NCBI GenBank assembly: GCA_043804515.1
Contig: JAZDIZ010000050.1
Coordinates: 1 to 15,199, forward strand
Source: Pseudomonadota bacterium
GTDB lineage: Bacteria > Bdellovibrionota_G > JALEGL01 > DATDPG01
DNA: 15,199 nucleotides
Reading direction: 5' to 3'
Made by a program: the position numbers and the translations under genes
Part shown: piece by piece, positions 1 to 7,129 of the stretch
How the letters are laid out: the number at the start of each line of letters is the position of its first letter
How positions within the stretch are numbered: position 1 is the stretch's first letter
The notes under the pieces: model-generated
What the model was told of the DNA's origin: nothing
Seen by the model: the letters and a program-made list of their open reading frames with translations, nothing else
Database searches by the model: none

Positions 1-19
1 TGTTAAGCCTCAATGATTA

Positions 20-1306
20 TTATTCCACGCGGGAGCGAACCCGGTCCCCGATCGTCAGCGAATCCGTCGAATCCGTGACATAGGCCGTGGACACGTTCTC
101 GCCCGCATCCACAATAAGCAAATGCCCGAAGATCACGTCCGGAAGGTTCTTATCCTCCCCCAGGAAGGCGGCGTCTCCGCGCCGGACCGCGAAAAGTTGC
201 GCCCCGTCGTCCACACCCTGTTTTTTCCCGAGGTTGACATACACAAAGTCGCTTTGGCTGATCATATATTGCTGGTTCTCAGCATCCACGATCCGCCCCG
301 CAACCTCTTGAGTCATGGGGTGCGGCCTCACCCTGCGGATCGGCGACGAGAACGGAATGAATTTCGCTCCGCGCGTGAAGACGTCCTCGCAATCCGTCAC
401 AAGCGCCTCGACCGTGTTCTTGTGAATCGCGATCACTTTGAGAACAGCGACCTTCCGAACGAGCCAGCCGAGATTTCCGGGACCGCGATCCGGATTCTTC
501 ACCTTCTTGACGATCTTCACGACGCTGAACCGGTCCCCCACACTGACTTGTCCTTTGCGTTTAAACTCCAGAAAAGCGTGATCGTCCGTTGTGAGCTGCG
601 CTTTCGGTTCTCCTGAGTGCGTCACCGTCCCCGCTTCTTTGAGTTGTTTCTCCGAGACGAAGCTGAGATTCCGAAGCTTGATCTCGATCGCCGTGCCCGG
701 CTGGCCGACGCTTTCCGGAGCGCCTGCCACACCCGGGGCTGCGGGCGCCGCCATAGCTGCACCGACTCCCGGTGCGGGCATCGTGGTCCCAGCTTGGGCG
801 CCGGCATCGGTTACGACCTCCAACTTCGGCGGGGCGGTCTCGCTGCCCGGAAAGAATACGAGGCGGTTTCCCGGATAGATGAGATGAGGGTTCGTGATGT
901 ACTCGTTCAGCGACCAGAGCTTGGGCCAGTACCAAGGGTTATCCAAGAGCTTATGGCAGATGTCCCACAGCGTGTCCCCCGACTGGATGCCGTAGGTTTC
1001 CGGAACGGATTTTCCTCCGGACGCCGGCTGCGCTGCCGATTCGGCTTCCTGCGACTCCCCGGCGGAACCGCTCGAAGTTCCACCTGAAGGCGCAATGACC
1101 TGGATTTCGTTTTCCGACGAGGGCGCTACCGCTGCTGAGGGAGATGCCGGCTGGGCTGAAGTGCGGGATTGCCCTTCGGGTACCGGCTGTTGGTAAGCGG
1201 GGGGCGGGGCATAAGAAGGCGGCGCCTCGGTCGGGGGTTCCTCTTGCGCCGCAGCCAACGGCACGGCGATCCATAGGAGAGCCGCCCCAAGAATCATTCT
1301 TCTCAT
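20..1306 (-). CDS. LysM peptidoglycan-binding domain protein, TsaP-like
   Basis: Start re-assigned to ATG 1306 (MRRMILGAALLWIAVPLAAA, Sec-type signal peptide), just after the upstream gene's stop. A Pro/Ala/Ser-rich linker precedes a LysM motif YGIQSGDTLWDI...NPWYWPKLWSLNEYITNPHLIYPG, characteristic of TsaP-type proteins. The C-terminal region is beta-rich (VYVNLGKKQGV). Confidence 0.85.
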   Translation of the reverse strand: MRRMILGAALLWIAVPLAAAQEEPPTEAPPSYAPPPAYQQPVPEGQSRTSAQPASPSAAVAPSSENEIQVIAPSGGTSSGSAGESQEAESAAQPASGGKSVPETYGIQSGDTLWDICHKLLDNPWYWPKLWSLNEYITNPHLIYPGNRLVFFPGSETAPPKLEVVTDAGAQAGTTMPAPGVGAAMAAPAAPGVAGAPESVGQPGTAIEIKLRNLSFVSEKQLKEAGTVTHSGEPKAQLTTDDHAFLEFKRKGQVSVGDRFSVVKIVKKVKNPDRGPGNLGWLVRKVAVLKVIAIHKNTVEALVTDCEDVFTRGAKFIPFSSPIRRVRPHPMTQEVAGRIVDAENQQYMISQSDFVYVNLGKKQGVDDGAQLFAVRRGDAAFLGEDKNLPDVIFGHLLIVDAGENVSTAYVTDSTDSLTIGDRVRSRVE

Positions 1307-1308
1307 GA

Positions 1309-2229
1309 TCACATCCTCCCTTTCCCGGCCTGCGCCGAGTACTCCGAAATCCACGCACGCGCTTTTTCGGCGGCCACGCTCCGCGGGTACGCCGAGATGA
1401 TCTTCTCGTAGGCTTTGAGAGCTTCTTCCGGCCGGGAAAGCCGCACGTAGCAATCCCCCACCCGCAACATCGCGTCCGGCACTTTGTTCCCGCCCGGGAA
1501 CTCCGTCACCACGCGCTCGAACTCCGCCGCGGCCCGCTGGTAGTCCTGCATTTTGAAAAAGCTTTCGCCGATCCAGAACACGGCGTTGTCGGCGTACGTA
1601 TGCGTCTGGAAGTGGTCCGCGAATTGGCCCAGCGCCGCAATCGCTTCCTTGAAGTTCCCGTCCTCGTATTTTTTGAAAGCCTCGTTGTACGCTTTCGTGG
1701 CCTCCGGATTTTCCTGACGCTGTCCCGCCGGCTCGGATGGCACCGGAGCCGTGGTTTTCGCGGCCGTCGGCGTCGTCGGGGAGGCAGCCGCACCGCGTTT
1801 CTCCACGCGTGCCAGATCCCGGTTCGACAACTGGAGCGTCGGCAGCTTCGAGTCGCGCGGATTGTTCCGCGTCAGAAACGGCTCTTCCTCCTCCGTCTCC
1901 AGAAGAATTTCCTTCCTTTGTGCGACCTGCGTCTTCCCCGAGACGTTTTTCACGCCGGCCTTTGTCGTTTTCGCGAGGCGGGGCAGCGCTTCCGGCTCCC
2001 GCTCCACGTGGATCTTGAGGGTCTCCAGCCGGTCCTGCAACACCAGGACTTCACTCGAGAGGTCTTCGAGGCGCTTTCTAAGTTCCTCGTTTTCCGAGCG
2101 GAGCTGTGCGGACGTTTTTTCCAGATTGGTCAACGATTGGTCCACTCGCTTCGGTGCGCCACAGCCCACCGCGACCACGGCCACGGCCACGGCCACGATA
2201 AAGAAACAATATTTCGCTCTAGAGGTCAG
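1309..2229 (-). CDS. cpoB: Tol-Pal-associated cell division coordinator CpoB/YbgF (lipoprotein, coiled coil + TPR)
   Basis: Lipobox-like VAVG-C, an N-terminal coiled coil, and C-terminal TPRs (YADNAVFWIGESFF, FPGGNKVPDAMLRVG, YPRSVAAEKAR). The start is uncertain: the track gives GTG 2196, but an in-frame CTG at 2229 with upstream AAGGA gives a complete signal peptide. Confidence 0.85.
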   Translation of the reverse strand: MTSRAKYCFFIVAVAVAVVAVGCGAPKRVDQSLTNLEKTSAQLRSENEELRKRLEDLSSEVLVLQDRLETLKIHVEREPEALPRLAKTTKAGVKNVSGKTQVAQRKEILLETEEEEPFLTRNNPRDSKLPTLQLSNRDLARVEKRGAAASPTTPTAAKTTAPVPSEPAGQRQENPEATKAYNEAFKKYEDGNFKEAIAALGQFADHFQTHTYADNAVFWIGESFFKMQDYQRAAAEFERVVTEFPGGNKVPDAMLRVGDCYVRLSRPEEALKAYEKIISAYPRSVAAEKARAWISEYSAQAGKGRM

Positions 2230-2277
2230 GCAAATCCTTGTTCACACCGAAGGACAAAAATCCTTTAATTTAAAGGC

Positions 2278-2307
2278 ATTATACGGTTCTCATTCCGTCA
2301 GGGTCAA
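2278..2307 (-). promoter_or_regulatory. Putative sigma70 promoter for cpoB-LysM
   Basis: Minus strand TTGACC (2307-2302), 18-nt spacer, perfect TATAAT (2283-2278), in an AT-rich intergenic gap. Confidence 0.65.
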
Positions 2308-3080
2308 GCACTCCAGCCGATCACGCCCACCATCCGGCCGGAGCGCCTTCCGTCCCTTCGATAGGAAAAGAATCGATCCGCATTGCACTTCGTGCACAGA
2401 CCGCTTCGCCAGATCCGATCCGGGAAAACGCCCATGGATTGCGCCAGGCGCGCGTTGATGGCGGTCAGGTCCATGTATGCTGATGTGTCGTTTTCCTTCC
2501 ACTCGCTTTTTTCCAGGCCGATTTCCTGTTCGAAAAGAGCTGCGATCGCACCCGACACTTCGAAACAACAAGCTCCGATCCCCGGCCCGAGGGCCACGAC
2601 CAGGTCGGAGGGGGAAGTCTGGAAACGGCGCGACATCACGGAGACGGTCGCGGGAAGCGCTTTGGCCAGCGTGCTGCGCCAGCCCGCGTGAACGATTCCC
2701 AACGCGTGACGGATCGGGTCCACGATCAGGATCGGAAGGCAGTCCGCAACGCGCACGGCCAGAAACGTGTCGGGTACGGCCGTGATCAAGGCATCCCCGC
2801 TTGCGGAGGAGTAGCCCCTCCGGTCTTTTCCCGCCTCCACTTCCACGACCAACGCTCCGTGGACTTGGTGCACGCCGAAAATCCGTTCCGGAGAAGTCCC
2901 GAGGGCTTCCGCCAGGCGCCGGTAGTTCTCTTCCACCGACTCGTCGCTGTCGCCGGTACCCCAGCCGAGGTTCAACGAATTGTACGGGTCCTGGCTCGCG
3001 CCTCCCGCACGGGTGGAGAAGCCGTGGACCAGGCCTTCAACGGCCTCAAGCTTGGGTGACATAAGAAGAGGTAGTGCCAC
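2304..3080 (-). CDS. pgeF: Peptidoglycan editing factor PgeF (YfiH/laccase-like domain)
   Basis: Family motifs HGFSTRAGG, SLNLG, QVHG, DALIT, VADCLPIL, HAGWR, GPGIGACCFEV, CTKC, FFSYRR, GRM. Start is GTG 3080 or ATG 3062; the track start at 3137 overlaps the upstream gene. Confidence 0.93.
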   Translation of the reverse strand: MALPLLMSPKLEAVEGLVHGFSTRAGGASQDPYNSLNLGWGTGDSDESVEENYRRLAEALGTSPERIFGVHQVHGALVVEVEAGKDRRGYSSASGDALITAVPDTFLAVRVADCLPILIVDPIRHALGIVHAGWRSTLAKALPATVSVMSRRFQTSPSDLVVALGPGIGACCFEVSGAIAALFEQEIGLEKSEWKENDTSAYMDLTAINARLAQSMGVFPDRIWRSGLCTKCNADRFFSYRRDGRRSGRMVGVIGWSA

Positions 3081-3087
3081 GCGGGAA

Positions 3088-3354
3088 TTACCAGATCTTG
3101 GACTTGATGTGGCCTTTCCGTTGCAAGATGACGTCAATGATGGCCCTGTCGTAATAGTTGGTCCTGGTACGCAATCCCGGGTCGACTTTCTGGTTATAGT
3201 GCTGCCGCCCCTCTTCGATTTCCTTGGCCATCAGGTCGAAGAATGAATCTCCTTCGATCCCTTGTTTCACTTTGGTCTCATTGTACAGCGAGAGATCCGA
3301 AGCGATCGCACGAGCCAGCCGTTTTGCGGCCTCAGGTTCCGTGATCAGAGCCAT
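3088..3354 (-). CDS. Small hypothetical protein (88 aa)
   Basis: Fills the gap between the HNH gene and pgeF in the same orientation, with a protein-like amphipathic sequence (AKRLARAIASDLSLYN...EIEEGR). Confidence 0.8.
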   Translation of the reverse strand: MALITEPEAAKRLARAIASDLSLYNETKVKQGIEGDSFFDLMAKEIEEGRQHYNQKVDPGLRTRTNYYDRAIIDVILQRKGHIKSKIW

Positions 3355-3373
3355 TCTTCATCCATTCGCCGGA

Positions 3374-3985
3374 CTATTTCTCAAGTTCCACGTTCCAGTA
3401 CGAGAAGTCCACTACATTCAGGAAGGGCAGCCATTCCCGATATCTCGGGTGCTTCAGGGAGATGTTAAGGCACTCGGCCCAATGAGGTCGAGCCGGCTCC
3501 CGGATCAGTCGCATGCCGGCTTCCTTGGGGTTCATTCCCCCTTTTCTCCGGTTGCACGGCAGGCAGCAGCACACCACGTTCTCCCAGGTGGTACGCCCTC
3601 CCCGGGAACGGGGAATGATGTGATCGAGGTTGAGTTCGGTTTTCGGGCATCGCTTCCCGCAATACTGGCAGACGCTGCTATCGCGCGCAAAAATATTGTA
3701 CCGGCTGAAGCGGACGTGCCGTTTCGGGAACCGATCGTACGTCTGAAGCAGGACCACTCGGGGCACCCGGATCATCCGGCCCACGATTCCCAGTTTTTCC
3801 TCTTCATCCGCGACCGCAGCGAGTTCGGCCCAACTTTTGAAATCGAAGGTCTGGTATTCCTTGTCCACGACTTTCACCGCGCCCCGATAAAGCATGCAAA
3901 ACGCGCGCTTCACCGAGATCACATGGATGGGCATGTAGACCTTGTTCAGGACAAGTACTCGGGCCTGAAGCACCGCGGCTTCCAT
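3374..3985 (-). CDS. HNH endonuclease (McrA-like, zinc-binding)
   Basis: N-terminal VLVLN..Y.P, then FSRYNIFARD...CQYCG, LNLDHIIPRSRGG.TTWENVVCCCLPCNRRKG. SD AAGGAG at 3996-3991. Confidence 0.93.
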   Translation of the reverse strand: MEAAVLQARVLVLNKVYMPIHVISVKRAFCMLYRGAVKVVDKEYQTFDFKSWAELAAVADEEEKLGIVGRMIRVPRVVLLQTYDRFPKRHVRFSRYNIFARDSSVCQYCGKRCPKTELNLDHIIPRSRGGRTTWENVVCCCLPCNRRKGGMNPKEAGMRLIREPARPHWAECLNISLKHPRYREWLPFLNVVDFSYWNVELEK

Positions 3986-4128
3986 CAGGTCTCCTTTATC
4001 GTCCTTTGAAGGGCTTCACGGCAGGCTCTCCGAAGCTCCGGAATCTCTTCCTCCGGAAAGCTCACCCCCCTTGCCATGGCTTTGGTTTCAATCACTTGCA
4101 CGTTCCACCCTACGGCCCGCGAGAACAT
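3985..4128 (-). CDS. Possible small upstream ORF (47 aa from ATG; frame open to 4218), not in the ORF track
   Basis: MFSRAVGWNVQVIETKAMARGVSFPEEEIPELRRACREALQRTIKET*. Its TGA overlaps the HNH ATG (TGATG). There is no strong SD and no homology was recognised. Confidence 0.35.
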   Translation of the reverse strand: MFSRAVGWNVQVIETKAMARGVSFPEEEIPELRRACREALQRTIKET

Positions 4129-4223
4129 TTCTTCACTAATATTATCTGCGTCTTTGCGCAGTTCATCAAATTTGCCGTCCAGGACGCGGTATATCGCGGA
4201 AGAAGGGCCGTCCGGAGTTCAAG

Positions 4224-4366
4224 AAAACAGGGCTACGGCTCAGGATTCAGTACAGTCAAAAAGGGATTCAACGGCTCAATCTCGGATCTACGTAGTTCCA
4301 ACTCGGCGTCAGCCCAACCGAATCCCTCAATGATCTGTACTGAACTCCTGGCGGTAGCCCCGTCTC
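4224..4366 (-). ncRNA. Candidate structured RNA: ~143-nt rod-like hairpin of unknown family
   Basis: Nested inverted repeats GGGCTAC 4230-4236/GTAGCCC 4354-4360, TTCAGTACAG 4246-4255/CTGTACTGAA 4335-4344 and AGGGATTC 4262-4269/GAATCCCT 4320-4327. Additional G-U pairs form only in the minus-strand RNA. It lies downstream of a promoter and ends in a U-rich tract. Confidence 0.6.
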
Positions 4367-4390
4367 AGATCAGAGCATGTTACGTGAGCT

Positions 4391-4418
4391 ATGCTAGTGT
4401 ACTGCAATATAGTGTCAA
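4391..4418 (-). promoter_or_regulatory. Putative sigma70 promoter driving the hairpin/HNH transcript
   Basis: Minus strand consensus TTGACA (4418-4413), 16-nt spacer, TAGCAT (4396-4391), with AT-rich upstream sequence. Confidence 0.6.
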
Positions 4419-4544
4419 TAGATTTTACCTTGTCATTTCGGGGCATTTGCTAGACCCTGACCCGCCGTGCTCGGAATAGCACCCCAAATCCTTCGCCAAT
4501 TGAACGAAACCCTCCGGGCGAAGCTCAACCTCAGATCCCCCCAG

Positions 4545-6551
4545 ATGCGTCTCGAATTGCCGCTTCGGAGCCCAAGATCTCCGGGAAGGCCTTTGGTGCG
4601 CTCTCCTGAGATTGTCGCGCACGATCAAGCCTTGATGCGCGCGATCCTTCGGGGCATACGGCACCTCGAATCCCTGCAAACCCAAGCCGGTTGCTGGGAG
4701 GGGCGCGTCTACGACAACGTCACGATCACGGCGGAGTACCTCATGTTCCTCAAGTTCATGGGGATTCTGGACGATTCGACGGCGCAAAGGGCGAAGCAGA
4801 CGATTTTGGACGGCCAGCTTCCCGACGGCGGATGGCCGATTTACGGAGACGGGCCCTCGGAGCACTCCGCGACGGTGGAGGCGTACTTCGCTCTCAAGCT
4901 TTGCGGCCTGTCTCCGAGACAGTCCGCGCTCAAACGCGCGCGGGAGTTGATCCTCAAGAGGGGCGGTATCCAATCCGCTCGGGTGTTCACGAAGATCCAT
5001 CTGGCCATGTTCGGCGAGTATCCGTGGGGAAAGATTCCCGTGATCAACCCCGAGTTGATGCTCCTCCCTAAGCAAGCACCCATCCACATCTACGAATTTT
5101 CAAGCTGGTCGCGGTCCGTGATCATTCCCCTTCTCATCATCTTTCACGCAAAGCCCGTGCATCCGCTCAGCCCTGACGAGCGAATCAGCGAGCTGAATGT
5201 CCCCGAAAGGCGCTCCTCGCTTCGTAGCCGCATCCGCTGGATGAGAGAGGCGCCGTGGGACCTGGAAAAGATTTTCACGGTGGCCCAGACGGCGCTTTCG
5301 ATCTACGAGAAAAGCCCCGTCAAGCCTTTGAGGAGCAGGGCCCTGGACATGGCCGAGAAGTGGATCTGGAACCATCAGGATCCGATGGGGAACTGGGGAG
5401 GGATTTTTCCCGCCATGGCCAATTCGCTGATCGCGATGCGCCTGCGGGGGCACTCGCTGGATGATCCGCGGATGAAAAAAGGCCTTCGCATGCTCCGAAG
5501 CTTCGCCGAGGAGACACCGCAGGCGTTCCGGATGCAATCCACGGTATCTCCCGTGTGGGACACCGCCATAGCCGCGTACGCCCTCCTCGAAGCGGCCACA
5601 CCCCCCTCGGACGCACGGATCCAAAAGGCCGCCGAATGGCTCCTTAGACTTCAAATTCTGGACGTGCGGGGGGACTGGAGGTTCAAAGTTCATCCCCATA
5701 CCCGCCCGGGCGGCTGGCCCTTCGAGTACGAAAACGACCAGTATCCCGATATCGACGATTCCGCTCTTGCGATCCTCGCCCTCCTTCCTTTGGAGACGGA
5801 AGAACACCTGGGCCCCGCTGTGTCCAAAGCCATTGATCGGGCGATCGAATGGATCGTGGGAATGCAGGGGAGCGACGGCGGCTGGGGGGCTTTTGACCGG
5901 GACAACAACCGGAAGATCCTGAACCAGATCCCCTTCGCCGATTTGAAGTCTCTTCTGGATCCTTCGAGCCCCGACGTTACGGGACACGTTCTCGAAGCGC
6001 TCGGCGCGGCCGGCTGTTCGCGCGGAGCTCCGGTGATCGATCACGCCGTCCAATTCCTTAGGCGCACCCAGGAACAGGACGGATCCTGGTTCGGCCGCTG
6101 GGGCGTGAACTACATCTACGGAACGGCTGCGGTCTTGAGCGGCCTCAAATTCGCCGGCGAGAACATGAAGCTGGCGTACCTACGACGTGCCGCGAACTGG
6201 CTCGCCGCCGTGCAGAACAAAGACGGCGGCTGGGGGGAATCCTGCGAGTCATACGACGAAAACCGATACGTGCCCTTGGGCCATTCGACGGCCAGCCAGA
6301 CGGCTTGGGCCCTTATCGGCCTGATGGCGTGTCCCTGGAGTGACGAGGAATCCATCGAGCGCGGAGTGGAATACCTGCTCGCGCGCCAGAAACCGGACGG
6401 GACGTGGGACGAGCCCGAGTGGACCGCGACCGGGTTCCCGCAACATTTTTATCTCCGCTATGACCTGTACCGATCTTATTTCCCCGTGATGGCGCTCGGC
6501 CGTTATCTGGTCCGTCCGGGCCGGAGTGTCTTCAAGAAGGTATCCGCATGA
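4545..6551 (+). CDS. shc: Squalene-hopene cyclase
   Basis: Catalytic DXDD motif (YPDIDDS), SPVWDTA, QW repeats (QLPDGGW, QGSDGGWG, QEQDGSW, QNKDGGWG, QKPDGTW), GRWGVNYIYGT and TGFP..FYLRY. Start uncertain: ATG 4545 chosen, track gives 4467. Confidence 0.96.
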   Translation: MRLELPLRSPRSPGRPLVRSPEIVAHDQALMRAILRGIRHLESLQTQAGCWEGRVYDNVTITAEYLMFLKFMGILDDSTAQRAKQTILDGQLPDGGWPIYGDGPSEHSATVEAYFALKLCGLSPRQSALKRARELILKRGGIQSARVFTKIHLAMFGEYPWGKIPVINPELMLLPKQAPIHIYEFSSWSRSVIIPLLIIFHAKPVHPLSPDERISELNVPERRSSLRSRIRWMREAPWDLEKIFTVAQTALSIYEKSPVKPLRSRALDMAEKWIWNHQDPMGNWGGIFPAMANSLIAMRLRGHSLDDPRMKKGLRMLRSFAEETPQAFRMQSTVSPVWDTAIAAYALLEAATPPSDARIQKAAEWLLRLQILDVRGDWRFKVHPHTRPGGWPFEYENDQYPDIDDSALAILALLPLETEEHLGPAVSKAIDRAIEWIVGMQGSDGGWGAFDRDNNRKILNQIPFADLKSLLDPSSPDVTGHVLEALGAAGCSRGAPVIDHAVQFLRRTQEQDGSWFGRWGVNYIYGTAAVLSGLKFAGENMKLAYLRRAANWLAAVQNKDGGWGESCESYDENRYVPLGHSTASQTAWALIGLMACPWSDEESIERGVEYLLARQKPDGTWDEPEWTATGFPQHFYLRYDLYRSYFPVMALGRYLVRPGRSVFKKVSA

Positions 6552-7129
6552 AACTGATCGGCCTGACCGGAGGCGTGGCGTGCGGGAAAAGCACCGTGGC
6601 GCTTCAGTTCGCAGAGAGGGGCTTCCCCATCATCGACACCGATCTGGTCGTCCGCGAGCTTTCGGAACACGATCCCCGGGTCCGTCAGGCGCTTCAACGG
6701 GAGTTCGGGACCACCGATCGGGCGAAGCTGCGGCAGGTGATTTTCCAGGACGCAACAAAGCGGCGCGCCCTGGAAAAACTTCTTCACCCTCGCGTCGAGG
6801 AGGTCGTTCTGGCGCGAACTCTGGACTTAAGGAAGAGGGAGCCCGTGCCCCGGGCGGCGGTGGTTGTGGTGCCCCTTCTGTTCGAGGCCAACTGGCAAAA
6901 GCACTTTGATTTCATTGTCGCGATTCTTTCGGACGAGGCGCATCAGGTGTCACGCCTCACCCGACGGGACGGGATCTCCGAGGAGTTCGCCCGCCGGATG
7001 ATCTCGGCTCAGATCCCCAATCAGGAAAAGGCCCAGAAGGCCGGCTACGCGGTCTGGAACAACGGAACGCCCGAGGAGCTTCGGGTGAAGGTGGCGGCGC
7101 TGATCGAGGAAATTTCCAAGAAATTTTAA
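6548..7129 (+). CDS. coaE: Dephospho-CoA kinase
   Basis: MKLIGLTGGVACGKSTV P-loop, DRAKLRQVIF, LEKLLHP, VPLLFE. ATGA overlap with the shc stop. Confidence 0.95.
   Translation: MKLIGLTGGVACGKSTVALQFAERGFPIIDTDLVVRELSEHDPRVRQALQREFGTTDRAKLRQVIFQDATKRRALEKLLHPRVEEVVLARTLDLRKREPVPRAAVVVVPLLFEANWQKHFDFIVAILSDEAHQVSRLTRRDGISEEFARRMISAQIPNQEKAQKAGYAVWNNGTPEELRVKVAALIEEISKKF

Noticed and set aside
1307..1453. N-terminal 49-aa extension of the LysM ORF in the track
   Set aside because: It overlaps the cpoB 3' end; ATG 1306 has an upstream GGAGG and begins a proper signal peptide.
4015..4180. c-di-GMP-I or cobalamin riboswitch (GGCAAA...GACGCA...CCTGCC fragments on the minus strand)
   Set aside because: Only scattered words match; the GAAA-capped stem, GCAAAGC/CUAA receptor and cobalamin box are absent or wrongly spaced.
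4180..4221. Selenocysteine read-through at in-frame TGA 4221-4219 (followed by a possible hairpin) extending the small ORF
   Set aside because: Upstream in that frame there are two more TGAs and a TAG, no credible start with an SD, and no CxxU-type context.
4224..4366. 6S RNA, SRP RNA or tRNA identity for the long hairpin
   Set aside because: No large central bubble or usual 6S gene neighbours, no SRP apical motif, no cloverleaf or T-loop. Not formally excluded without an Rfam search.
4006..4479. Plus-strand ORFs 4006-4479 and 4076-4333
   Set aside because: No recognisable motifs or SD, and they run antisense across the promoter, hairpin and leader of the HNH unit.
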